64,000 nt of DNA from Longimicrobiales bacterium (GTDB lineage Bacteria; Gemmatimonadota; Gemmatimonadetes; Longimicrobiales; Gaopeijiaceae). The notes below the pieces were generated by a model that did no database searches, was not told the origin of the DNA, and saw nothing but the letters and a program-made list of their open reading frames with translations. The stretch is from positions 2,464,001-2,528,000 of the forward strand of contig OZ242008.1 in the NCBI GenBank assembly GCA_965204735.1, read 5' to 3'. How positions within the stretch are numbered: the first letter of the stretch is position 1; every line of letters begins with the position of its first letter. Positions 1 through 8,923 of the stretch are shown here, one piece after another. The position numbers were made by a program, and so were the translations under genes.

Positions 1-290
1 GCAAGAGCGGCCAGGAGCTCGCGACGTGCTCGCCCGACCGTGGGCGGCTCGGGCCTGGGCGTCCACTCGTCGTCGCCGTCGTCCCAGATGCAAAGCCGGC
101 CAATGGTCGTGTCGCACTCGTGGGAGCGTCCGCCCAAGGTCCGGGGCAGCTCGCGCACGCGCAGCCGCTCGAAGCGGACCTGAAGGCTGCGGGCCTCGTC
201 GCGCAGGGCTGCGGAGTCGGGAGACTGGACGCCGAACGGCACCCATGACGCGGCCAGGAAGGGCCAGGACAGCATCGGAGGCGGGAGCAT
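1..290 (-). CDS. Hypothetical, probably exported protein; runs off the left edge
   Basis: Not in the ORF track. Manual translation from ATG 290 (or 275): MLPPPMLSWPFLAASWVPFGVQSPDSAALRDEARSLQVRFERLRVRELP...ECDTTIGRLCIWDDGD...RARRELLAAL, open to position 1. Confidence 0.65.
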   Translation of the reverse strand, partial: MLPPPMLSWPFLAASWVPFGVQSPDSAALRDEARSLQVRFERLRVRELPRTLGGRSHECDTTIGRLCIWDDGDDEWTPRPEPPTVGRARRELLAAL

Positions 291-444
291 CCTCGTTTCG
301 ACCGTCCGCAGGGTTGCCGGGGGCAGGTTGCCGAGGGTGGAGGCCGGGCGACATTAGTTGGGCCGCGATCGCACGCGCTGGGCACGCGCGCACTGGGCAA
401 AGGTTCAAGCCGCAAGACCGGTCAACCCCGCAGAATTGGCGCAG

Positions 445-2283
445 ATGAACGAGTCCCGCAAGAAGCCGGCAGGTTCGCGTTGGCGACGGGGCGCCCTGCT
501 GGTCGGCGGCTTGGCGGCGCTCGCGGCAGGCGCCCTGGGCTTGGCGTCGGCGGGGGCCTTCGGCCGCGTCCCTCAGCTTCCTTCGACAGACGCGCTCGGG
601 CAGGCGGCGACGGCCGCCGCCGCTTTCGCAGCGGTGCTGCTCGGGTCTTGGGCCCTGCTCGACCCGTCCCGGCGGGGGGCGGACCTTCCCCGCCCGGCAG
701 GGTCGCGCATCGGCCTGGTCCAAGGCGGGCTCGCCGCGGCCGCAGTCTCGACCGGCATCGTCCTGGCCGCCCGCAACTTGGACTTTCCCCTTCGAGTCGA
801 CGAGAGCGAAACGATCGTGCGGTACGTCGCGCAGCCCTTCGCCGTGGCCGCAAGCGACTACGGCGCCGTGAACAACCATGTGCTGCACACGCTGCTGGCT
901 TGGGTCGCCCACCAGGTCGGCGGCTGGAACCGCGTCGTTCTTCGGATGCCGGCGTTCCTGTCGTTCTGCCTTCTGCTTCCAGCTCTGTGGTGGTTCGCGA
1001 AGCGCGAGTACGGACGCACGGCCGCGACGTTCGCGACCACTCTCGCAGCCACTTCGCCCTACCTCGTCAACGTCGCCACGAGCGCCAGGGGCTACACGCT
1101 CATGATGCTCTTCGCCGTGGCGTCGCTGCTGTGCGGACAGGCGCTCGTCCGTCGACCGACCACGGGCAACAGCGCGCTTTGGGCGGCGTGGGCGGCGACA
1201 GTGGGCTTGGGGCTCTTCACGATACCGCTCATGGCGTGGTCCGCCGCCACCACGGTGATCTGGATGCTGCTGGCGCGTCGGCGCAGATGCGGTGGCGACG
1301 AGGCGGCCTGGCCCTTCCTGGCCAGAACGGCGGCTTGGTCGGCCGCGGCGGTCGTGCTGGCCGGCGTTCTCTACGCGCCGGCCCTGGCGAGCACCGCGGG
1401 CGTGACCGATTCCTTGATCGGCCGGGCCGTGGGGCCGCTGTCCAACAAGCTCACCGTGGACACGCTGGAGGACGTCGTGCGCGTCTGGCGGGATTGGCAC
1501 GCGGCCCTTCCTGCCTGGGCCGGAGGCGCGCTCTTGGCGCTGGTCCTTGTCGGAGCCGCGGTGCCGGGCCGAAGCTGCGGGCGTCGGGGGACCTTCTTGC
1601 CGGCCGTCCTGGCTGCCCCGGCTTTGCTGTGCTTGACGAAGCCATTTCCGCAGGCTCCCCGTTTCGCAGTCGCCACGCTGCTGCTGCTGACGATCAGCGC
1701 GGGCGCGGGCGCCGCCCTGGTCCTGGAGCGGGCCGTGGCGCGGACCCGCTCCCGTTGGCCGGGCGGCGGCGCGCCAAGCTTGGCGAACGTCCAGTGCGGC
1801 GCCGTGGTCCTCTTGCTCGTCGCCCTGACGTGGGCGGCGAGCCGGCCCGGAGTCGCGTCGCGGCACGGGTACCTGGGCGGGCAGACGCCGGGGTACCCGG
1901 TTCTGCAGAAGATGATCGCGTCGGTCGAAGGCCAGATGCGGTCGGGCGACTACTTTGCCGCCAGCAACGGCGCGCACCAGGCAATCGCATACGCCGCGAA
2001 CTTCCGCGAGATCGAGGCCCACGTGGGCCGGTATCCGCCCGTGCCGAACGCGCGCGGGTGGCCGGTCCACCAACTCTCGCCTTCGTCGGACGCGCCGTCC
2101 GTCCCGGCGCCGGATGGGCGGTTCTTCCTGTTCGACCCGGAAGACGCCCGCGCGCCCTCGACGAGCGCGGTCTCCACGGCCCGAGAGCATCTGGAGGCGT
2201 ACTGGCCAGGGTACGAAGTCGTCGCGCACTTTGCCGAGGGGCCCGCGTACTTGGTGAACGGTTGGACAGGAGCGCCGCAGTGA
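445..2283 (+). CDS. Multi-TM GT-C fold (PMT_2/GT39-like) glycosyltransferase
   Basis: Many hydrophobic segments; LRVDE acidic motif after a TM helix, NNHVLHTLL, LRMPAFL, SARGY. Start set at ATG 445 (MNESRKK). Confidence 0.7.
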   Translation: MNESRKKPAGSRWRRGALLVGGLAALAAGALGLASAGAFGRVPQLPSTDALGQAATAAAAFAAVLLGSWALLDPSRRGADLPRPAGSRIGLVQGGLAAAAVSTGIVLAARNLDFPLRVDESETIVRYVAQPFAVAASDYGAVNNHVLHTLLAWVAHQVGGWNRVVLRMPAFLSFCLLLPALWWFAKREYGRTAATFATTLAATSPYLVNVATSARGYTLMMLFAVASLLCGQALVRRPTTGNSALWAAWAATVGLGLFTIPLMAWSAATTVIWMLLARRRRCGGDEAAWPFLARTAAWSAAAVVLAGVLYAPALASTAGVTDSLIGRAVGPLSNKLTVDTLEDVVRVWRDWHAALPAWAGGALLALVLVGAAVPGRSCGRRGTFLPAVLAAPALLCLTKPFPQAPRFAVATLLLLTISAGAGAALVLERAVARTRSRWPGGGAPSLANVQCGAVVLLLVALTWAASRPGVASRHGYLGGQTPGYPVLQKMIASVEGQMRSGDYFAASNGAHQAIAYAANFREIEAHVGRYPPVPNARGWPVHQLSPSSDAPSVPAPDGRFFLFDPEDARAPSTSAVSTAREHLEAYWPGYEVVAHFAEGPAYLVNGWTGAPQ

Positions 2284-2705
2284 GGGAGAGCCGCAAGAAG
2301 TCGGTCGCGAAGGTCACTCGGGGCGTGGCCGTCCGGGACTTCCTGGTGTTCCAGCTGAAGTTGGCCCTGGAAGGGGTCAGGGACTTGCTGGCGATCAACC
2401 TGTCGGTGATTGCGATCGTCGTGGACATCCTGTCCGGGCGCGGGCGGCGACCCAGGCGGTTCTACGCCGTCGTTCGCTGGAGCCGGCGCTTCGACGGATG
2501 GCTGCGGCTCCACAGCATGAAGGGGATGCCGGAGGCGGAAGAGGACGGCAGGGACGGTGCGGACGGCCCGGAGTCCACAGGCGCCGGAAGCGAGGCCCCC
2601 GGGTCCCGCGTCGGCGTCGTTCCTCAGGACAAGCGACGGCTGGGCTCCGACGCCGACACCCTGGTGGAGCAGTTCGAGGAGCTGGTGAGGAAGACCCGGC
2701 GCTAG
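2280..2705 (+). CDS. Hypothetical membrane-associated protein (~141 aa)
   Basis: C-terminal part of ORF 480..2705. GTG start overlaps the upstream TGA (GTGA). RDFLVFQLKLALEGVRDLL...FYAVVRWSRRFDGWLRL reads as real protein. Confidence 0.65.
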   Translation: MRESRKKSVAKVTRGVAVRDFLVFQLKLALEGVRDLLAINLSVIAIVVDILSGRGRRPRRFYAVVRWSRRFDGWLRLHSMKGMPEAEEDGRDGADGPESTGAGSEAPGSRVGVVPQDKRRLGSDADTLVEQFEELVRKTRR

Positions 2706-2782
2706 CTGGGATCAGCGACCCGACGGACAGGGACATGGGCGCAGTTCAAGGAGCTGGTGAGGAAGACCCGGCGCTAGCTGGG
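2669..2782. repeat. 42-bp direct repeat x2 (1 mismatch) with a 30-bp spacer, duplicating the 3' end and stop codon of the upstream gene
   Basis: gcagttc(g/a)aggagctggtgaggaagacccggcgctagctggg at 2669-2710 and 2741-2782. Confidence 0.9.
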
Positions 2783-2815
2783 CCCGGCTAGGCTTGGCGG
2801 GGGCTCTCGGGGAAG

Positions 2816-2881
2816 TGGTGGCATTATGGTAGCAAAATGGTGGCATTATGGTAGTAGAATGGAGGCATTACGGCAGCAAGC
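2816..2881. repeat. 22-bp tandem repeat x3, AT-richer than its surroundings
   Basis: tggtggcattatggtagcaaaa / tggtggcattatggtagtagaa / tggaggcattacggcagcaagc. The third copy contains the Fic stop codon. Confidence 0.9.
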
Positions 2882-3749
2882 GTCTCGTCGCCGCGATCAA
2901 GGCGTCCACCGTGCGCACTGCCAGGAAGTGCACGAAAGGACGCAAGTCTCCCGTGTCCGCGGCTTGCAGGGCGTCGAAGTAGCCGTGTCGGGCGTCGGCG
3001 TCGATCACCGGCGGCGGCCAATGGCGGCGTGCGTAGAGGTAGGCGACGAGAGCCCGCGCGACTCGTCCGTTGCCGTCTTGAAACGGATGAATCTGCACGA
3101 AGCGGTGGTGCAGCCATGCGGCTTCGACTTCAGTCGGCGTCCCTTGGTCCATGTGGGCTTCGTGCATCGCCAGCAGCCGGTCCATTTCGGAGCGCACCTG
3201 CTCCGGTGGACAATACTCGTGCAGGTCGCCGGACAGGGTGATCGGGTTGTTGGGGCGAACCTTGTACTTCCCCTTGAGCAGCGGAACTTCGACGCGTCGG
3301 CCGGACACGGTCGCGCCCGTGGCGGTGTCCTGGGAGCGGGTGATGCAGGCGTGCCACTCGCAGATCAGCCCGTTCGAGAGCGGACGTCGGCCGGCCACGG
3401 CGTCGAAGACCATGTCGAGGCCTCGCCGCTGGTCCTCCAGGTGCGCGCCGAGTTCCTTGGCCGACAGCGTGGACTCTTCCCGCCCCACCACGACGGCTTC
3501 GAAGCCGCGCGCGACGAGCTGCTCCGTCAAGCCCCGGGTCAGGTCGTACAAGCCCTCGATGCGTCCCGTCTCGATGGCCCAGGCCCGGGCGTTCTCTTCA
3601 AGGAAGCGGTCGAGTCGGCTCCGGGAGGTACCGGGGCGCGTGGCGGACGCACGCGACGCCTGCCACTCCTGGTCGAGTTGGCGCACGGAGTCGCTCGCCA
3701 GAGCGTCCGGCTCCTGCTCGTAGTCCAAGATGGGCTTCCAGGCGGGCAT
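2868..3749 (-). CDS. Fic family protein (AMPylase) with N-terminal autoinhibitory motif (class II)
   Basis: Canonical HPFQDGNGRVAR; (S/T)xxxE(G/N) motif TGRIEG. Start ATG 3749 (MPAWKPI) within ORF 2868..4823. Confidence 0.9.
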   Translation of the reverse strand: MPAWKPILDYEQEPDALASDSVRQLDQEWQASRASATRPGTSRSRLDRFLEENARAWAIETGRIEGLYDLTRGLTEQLVARGFEAVVVGREESTLSAKELGAHLEDQRRGLDMVFDAVAGRRPLSNGLICEWHACITRSQDTATGATVSGRRVEVPLLKGKYKVRPNNPITLSGDLHEYCPPEQVRSEMDRLLAMHEAHMDQGTPTEVEAAWLHHRFVQIHPFQDGNGRVARALVAYLYARRHWPPPVIDADARHGYFDALQAADTGDLRPFVHFLAVRTVDALIAATRRLLP

Positions 3750-3811
3750 GGCTTTGCGGAGCAGCGAGTTGGACCGGCTCTTGGTGGCGCGTGTGTCGGA
3801 AGGCGGGGGAG

Positions 3812-6800
3812 TCAGAGAGGGTCGGTGTAGTTCAGCAGGTCGACGTGGTCCGGGAGCGCGCTTCCTTCGCGAAAGTAGAGAGCCCGAAAGCGCTTCATCT
3901 GCTTGATCTTGTCGATCAACGCCTTTTCTTGCCGGGAGTCGGCCACGTTCCTGACCAGCGCCTTGGCGTCGGCGTCGGTCAGCCGCAACACCAAGTAGTT
4001 GGCCACGGCCGAGAAGACGGACTTGTGAAAGTCCCTTGCTTCTTGCGACGCCAGCACCAGCGACACGCCGTACTTCCGGCACTCCTTCGCCATGGTGGGA
4101 ACGACGTTCAGCCGCGCGGCCCGGTGGGCCTCGTCGAAGACGACCGCGTGAGTGATCCGATCCTGAACTCCCCGCCGGAACATGTCCTTGTAGAGGCCGT
4201 AGAGGATCAGCGACGAGAAGGCTTTCTGGAGGCCGTCGCTCTGGCTGCGGTGGATGCGGATGACTGTGGGCTCCCCGCTCTCCCACAGGCTTCCGTGGGC
4301 CTTCCCCACATCGAAGAAGCCGTAGTCGTTGAGCTCCTCCAAGCGCACGAGCAGGTTCGCCAGCCCGCTGTCCCGGTTCTCCTGGTCCGCCAGGATCTCG
4401 AAGAACCGCTTGAACGGGGGTTCCCGGAGCTCCGTCGGATCGACGCCGGGGTCGGCCCACCCCTCCCGCACAAAGCTTTCCTTGACTGCGCTCCGAATCG
4501 CTTCCCCTTGCAGGTCCCCCAGCCCCGGGTAGATCGCGACGAAGATGTCGCGCAGCGCGCCCGCCACATTGAGGTAAGGCCGGTGAGCCGTCCGGTCGGG
4601 GATGTGCAGCGGATTGAAGCCGAGTCCGTCGAAGTCGACGAACCTGATCGAGCCCACGATCTCTTCCAGCTTCTCGTCCAGGTCCTGGTGGTACGAGAAG
4701 ACGATGGGGCGGACTCCGTGGTCGAGCATCTGGCGGCACAGGTTCAGAAGGCAGGTGGTCTTTCCCATGCCGGGCAAGCCCGCCACCAAGAGGTGCGGAT
4801 TGCCTTTGACGGTGAGCTTCCAAGTGACTTGCTCGCGCTTGAACCGGTCGGCGCCCAGGACGATGGCGGACTCCCGCGGCGACGCCGGGGCTTGATCCCG
4901 GACGGCGCCCCCGTTCTGCACCGTCGTCGCGAGTGCAGCCGGTTCCCCCGACAGAGGAGGCGACGGGGCATTGCTGGTCGCGGAAGCGACATCGGGCTCA
5001 AGGCTGGGCTGCTCGGCCCCGGTCGGCTCGGCCACCGGTTGCCCGACGGGGTGGTCGGGCTCCGGTACGCCGCTGGAACGCGGTCGCGGGGACCGGCGTC
5101 GCCCTTCGAGGTCGGGCAGGCCGCTGGGACCGAAGAGGTAGACGCCGATGTCGTCGTCGGGCGGCGAAAGGCGCTGGGGCGCCGACTCGGCGTACTCGGG
5201 ACAGAACACCCAGCCGAGGTCGGCGCCCGGCTCGTCGACGAAAGCGTAGGCGTCTCCCTTCCCCACCATGCGATCGATCTCGGCAACGAGGGCTTGATGC
5301 CGTTCGTCTGCGAGAGCGTGCCTGCGGGCCTTGTCCGCATAGAACCGCAGCACGCGGGCCAGCTTGGCGCGTCGGACCGCCCGAAACGACTGGGCAGCAG
5401 CGTCGTTGTACCAGGCGAACCAACCCTTGCGCAGCGAGGCGGTCTGCTTGCGGACGGCTCGCGTCACCTCGAGCGACCGAGCAGTGCGCAGGTGCCGCCG
5501 GTACTTAACTTCGACGAACCGGAACATCAGGCCCTTCCTGGGCGCGTTCGTCACGTAGATGATGTCGGGTCGCGGGACGCCGCGGGAAGCCCCCGTCGTC
5601 GGGGCCAACGGCGGGAGGAGGTCGCGCACGTCGTCGACCGGCACGAAGAACCCGTCGCGCAACGACGTCCAGCACGGGTTCCCGGCTTCGCTGGCGGCGC
5701 ACTTCGCCTGGACAAGGGCCAGCGCGATCAGTTCCGACGCGGGCACGTTCCTTCCGGTGAGCCTGATCGCCAGGCGGCCGCTGAGCGCCTTGAGCTGGTT
5801 CATGAGGAACTCGGCGTTGCTGCGGCTGCGGCTGAGTCCCATCCGATCCAGCGCTTGGTTCAGCAACCCCTGGACCTCGTCCAAGTTGGTAGTGGACGTG
5901 ATCAGCTGGAGGCACCCCAGGTCCTCCCTCTCCGGCACGCAGTCGATCACGTAGGCGTCGTAAATCTCCTTGTTGTCGTTGGGCGAATCGAAGTACTCGA
6001 CCCCCGCGTTTCGGTCCAGCGTGACGACCCAGTCGGCAAGCTTGTGCAGAGTCGCCAGACTGGCCTCCTTGTCGCCCGAGATGCGCGTGCGCAGGACGGG
6101 AACGCCCTCGCCGGCGCCGAGTCCCTGGGTCACGAGGCGCTGGACGTGGTTCTGCAACCGCATGAGCCGGTCGGTGTGGGTTCGGTTGCCCGGATGCTTG
6201 TCCCCTTCGTTCCATGCAGGGACCGCGCTGCGCCAGTTCGGTTCGGGCGAGCTCCAGTACTCCCTGTCGAAGAAGGACAGCAGCCCGAACGCGTGAAACG
6301 GTCGACTCCTCGGGTCGGCGTCGTCCGCGTGAACCCGAGACTCGAACGTGTCGAATGCGATCGCCAGATGAGCCGGCTCCGCCGGTTCGGCCTGTTCCTT
6401 GCGAGCCCAGCGAAGGCGCGGCACCCGAACGCCGCCGGGCAAGCTCAGCGACTTCAGCAGCCATCGGTCTTGGTCGGCCACGGTCCCCGCCCTGCGCCTT
6501 CGCCTCTCTTGGCGCTCGGCAATGAACCTGCCGACGATGCCAGCCTCTCGCGTCCTCTGCGAGGGGTACAGCTCCAACACGAAGGACACCCCCTTGCCGG
6601 CGCGGTCGCCGGTCCCGTTGTCGCTTTCCTTGCGCTCCTGTTCGTCCAGCTCTTTGGCGGCCTTGCCAAGGGCCCGGGCAACGGTGCGCCCGTCTCCGGC
6701 CCTGAGGGCGTGAACGCGGAGGGTGCGGCAACCGTCGTGGCACTCCATGTACTTCAGTATCTCGGTCCCGAGCACGTCGGCGCTCCGTGTCCCGACGCTG

Positions 6801-8923
6801 GGCTCCGCGCCGCTCCTGGCGTCTTCCTTGTCCCCGAGAGCCCGGCGAAGAACCGACACGGTGGCCTTGGGCTCCTTGTCGCTGTCGGGGACCATCCCGA
6901 CGGCGTGAAACCCCAGCGTGTCCGCAAAGACGAAGGCGTAGTGCGGCTCGAGTCCCGGAAGCATCGCAGGGAACATGGCCCCGTCGAGCACGCCGAACTC
7001 CTTTCGGATGTCCCGCGGGCGCATCTGCTCGGAGAAGGCGGCGTGGAGCACCAAGTTGTCGTAGGCGACGTGCCACGCCACCCTCAGGGGATGGCCGGGC
7101 AGGACGATCAAGCCGACGAGCCGACCGGACTGGGACTGGACCTCGACGGTGTTGGCCAGCGCCAGGGTCGGATCGTCCGCCGCCTCGTATAGGAGAGCCG
7201 TCCAAGCCCTCAGGTACTCCGTCACGTCCGCGAATCCGAGGACCTGGTCGTCGTAGACCTGACCGACGCCGCCAAAGTCGTCGAAGCGGGCCCTCATCTT
7301 CTGGCAGGTCTTCTCCATCTTCGCCCAATGGCCGGCCGTCACGCCTTCCGGACGAGCCAGCGGAACGAACTCCGGGTAGCCCACCCGTTCCCCGGACGCC
7401 CTCACCTTCACCCGCCAACGGCCGACTACGCCGCCGCTGATCCGCCACTGCTCCTCGACGTCCTTGATCAGCGACGGCCTCTGGACGCGAAAGCCGATCC
7501 GCTTGGTGGGCGACCTCCACTTGAGGAAGCCCTTGGCGTTCTTAGGCCGCCCGCCGTCGAGAGACGTCAGCCGAGCAACCTCTTCCCGACTGCCAAGGTC
7601 GATCAGCCCCTCGACAAAAGTGCGATGGAGCCTTCCCCCAACGCCGACCTCGGACTCCGCCGGTTGGCCGAAGCGTATCTCGAAATCCTCTGTCGCCTGC
7701 CGTGCCACGGTTTCCGCGCCCGGAACCTGGACCACGACCCGGGCCGGCACCACTGCATCTTCGGGAAGCGTCGCGAAGTCTTCTCCCACGAACGCGGACT
7801 TCTCAGTGGCAGTCCCCTTGTGGACGACCTCTCGGTAGGCCAACTCGTCGTCGCCTGTCGCGGTCATCACGCTCACCCGGTAGTGGACCGATTCCTTGGG
7901 CAGGCGCGCCGGACGAGTCTTCCAGCGGACCTCGAGCTTCGATTTGTCTTGGGTCGAGTCCGGATCGACGATCAGCCGCGGCGGCTCGTCGGCAGCGACG
8001 GGTTCGGCCAGTCCGCTCCACTTCAGCATGCGCCCGGTCTTGCTGCGCCAGGGCAGGAGCTGGATTTCGCGAATCTCGTCGAAGGCGTCTTCCACCTGCA
8101 GCTCGTTTACCCACAGGTGTCTCTTCTCCGACAGCGCCGCGAGGGCTTCTTGGCGCAGCTTTGGTACTTCGTCGCGGAGAAAGCGCTCCAGGTCTGCGAG
8201 CTGCCGATCCGTGGGGTCGAGGAGCCGCAGGGTCGCGATGCGTTCGGCGGGCATGAGTCCCGACGCGCCGGAGCCAAAGAGATGCTCGACAAACCGTTGC
8301 GAGGTGTCGAGATCGTCCACCGATTCCTGTCCGAGCCGACCTGCAACTGGCCACAGTCCCAACAGGTGCAGGTAGGCGCCTGCATGCCTTTTGTTTGCGG
8401 CAACCCGGCAGTAGAAGTCGTAGATCGTCCAGGGCGACACGCTGTCCCTGCCGCCAACTGCGCGGGCCTTGCCGACGGCCTTCTCCGCGTACTCTCGGTG
8501 CTTCCTCGACAGCTGCTTGGTTATCTCTCCTGCGGCGGTCGGGTGTGCGATACCGAACAGCTCTTGCTCGTCAACCTCTTGGGCTGCGTTGTAGATGCCG
8601 TCCATCCCGGCGCCAGCGCGATCCGTGTCCACGAGAAGCAGAGTCTGGCCTTCCTTGGCTTCCCGCAGTTCGACCGCCCAGTCCGCCGTGATCGTACGCG
8701 ACTCGGCGTCGGCAGCGTCCGCGACGCGAAGTATCTTCCACTCGTTCAGGTCGAAGTTGGCGTCGTGCGCCAGCAGCACCACGACATCGGGGGTCAGGCA
8801 CCGGACGAACGCCATCGTGCCGGGCCCCGGCTCGCCGAGGATCTTGGCAAACGACGCCGCAAACAAACTCCCGTGGGCGTAGGTCCAATCGTCAAACCCG
8901 AACTTCCCACTTGGCCGCGTCAC
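3812..8923 (-). CDS. DndH/DptH-like (MAD8-like) large protein: PD-(D/E)xK nuclease-like region plus C-terminal HerA/FtsK-type ATPase
   Basis: 1703 aa; PRPDIIYV...FVEVKYR; NPHLLVAGLPGMGKTT (Walker A), VVFDEAHR (Walker B), KECRKYGVSLVLASQ. Size and position match DndH/MAD8. Confidence 0.8.
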   Translation of the reverse strand: MTRPSGKFGFDDWTYAHGSLFAASFAKILGEPGPGTMAFVRCLTPDVVVLLAHDANFDLNEWKILRVADAADAESRTITADWAVELREAKEGQTLLLVDTDRAGAGMDGIYNAAQEVDEQELFGIAHPTAAGEITKQLSRKHREYAEKAVGKARAVGGRDSVSPWTIYDFYCRVAANKRHAGAYLHLLGLWPVAGRLGQESVDDLDTSQRFVEHLFGSGASGLMPAERIATLRLLDPTDRQLADLERFLRDEVPKLRQEALAALSEKRHLWVNELQVEDAFDEIREIQLLPWRSKTGRMLKWSGLAEPVAADEPPRLIVDPDSTQDKSKLEVRWKTRPARLPKESVHYRVSVMTATGDDELAYREVVHKGTATEKSAFVGEDFATLPEDAVVPARVVVQVPGAETVARQATEDFEIRFGQPAESEVGVGGRLHRTFVEGLIDLGSREEVARLTSLDGGRPKNAKGFLKWRSPTKRIGFRVQRPSLIKDVEEQWRISGGVVGRWRVKVRASGERVGYPEFVPLARPEGVTAGHWAKMEKTCQKMRARFDDFGGVGQVYDDQVLGFADVTEYLRAWTALLYEAADDPTLALANTVEVQSQSGRLVGLIVLPGHPLRVAWHVAYDNLVLHAAFSEQMRPRDIRKEFGVLDGAMFPAMLPGLEPHYAFVFADTLGFHAVGMVPDSDKEPKATVSVLRRALGDKEDARSGAEPSVGTRSADVLGTEILKYMECHDGCRTLRVHALRAGDGRTVARALGKAAKELDEQERKESDNGTGDRAGKGVSFVLELYPSQRTREAGIVGRFIAERQERRRRRAGTVADQDRWLLKSLSLPGGVRVPRLRWARKEQAEPAEPAHLAIAFDTFESRVHADDADPRSRPFHAFGLLSFFDREYWSSPEPNWRSAVPAWNEGDKHPGNRTHTDRLMRLQNHVQRLVTQGLGAGEGVPVLRTRISGDKEASLATLHKLADWVVTLDRNAGVEYFDSPNDNKEIYDAYVIDCVPEREDLGCLQLITSTTNLDEVQGLLNQALDRMGLSRSRSNAEFLMNQLKALSGRLAIRLTGRNVPASELIALALVQAKCAASEAGNPCWTSLRDGFFVPVDDVRDLLPPLAPTTGASRGVPRPDIIYVTNAPRKGLMFRFVEVKYRRHLRTARSLEVTRAVRKQTASLRKGWFAWYNDAAAQSFRAVRRAKLARVLRFYADKARRHALADERHQALVAEIDRMVGKGDAYAFVDEPGADLGWVFCPEYAESAPQRLSPPDDDIGVYLFGPSGLPDLEGRRRSPRPRSSGVPEPDHPVGQPVAEPTGAEQPSLEPDVASATSNAPSPPLSGEPAALATTVQNGGAVRDQAPASPRESAIVLGADRFKREQVTWKLTVKGNPHLLVAGLPGMGKTTCLLNLCRQMLDHGVRPIVFSYHQDLDEKLEEIVGSIRFVDFDGLGFNPLHIPDRTAHRPYLNVAGALRDIFVAIYPGLGDLQGEAIRSAVKESFVREGWADPGVDPTELREPPFKRFFEILADQENRDSGLANLLVRLEELNDYGFFDVGKAHGSLWESGEPTVIRIHRSQSDGLQKAFSSLILYGLYKDMFRRGVQDRITHAVVFDEAHRAARLNVVPTMAKECRKYGVSLVLASQEARDFHKSVFSAVANYLVLRLTDADAKALVRNVADSRQEKALIDKIKQMKRFRALYFREGSALPDHVDLLNYTDPL

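Noticed and set aside
2776..2795. att-like copy of the tRNA-Gln 3' end at the far island boundary (ggcccgg)
   Set aside because: The match is too short and GC-rich to be significant.
3791..7192. Long plus-strand ORFs (3791..7192, 12962..16159, 27312..31184, 45420..47831 and similar)
   Set aside because: Antisense shadows of well-supported genes, common in high-GC DNA; no recognisable motifs.
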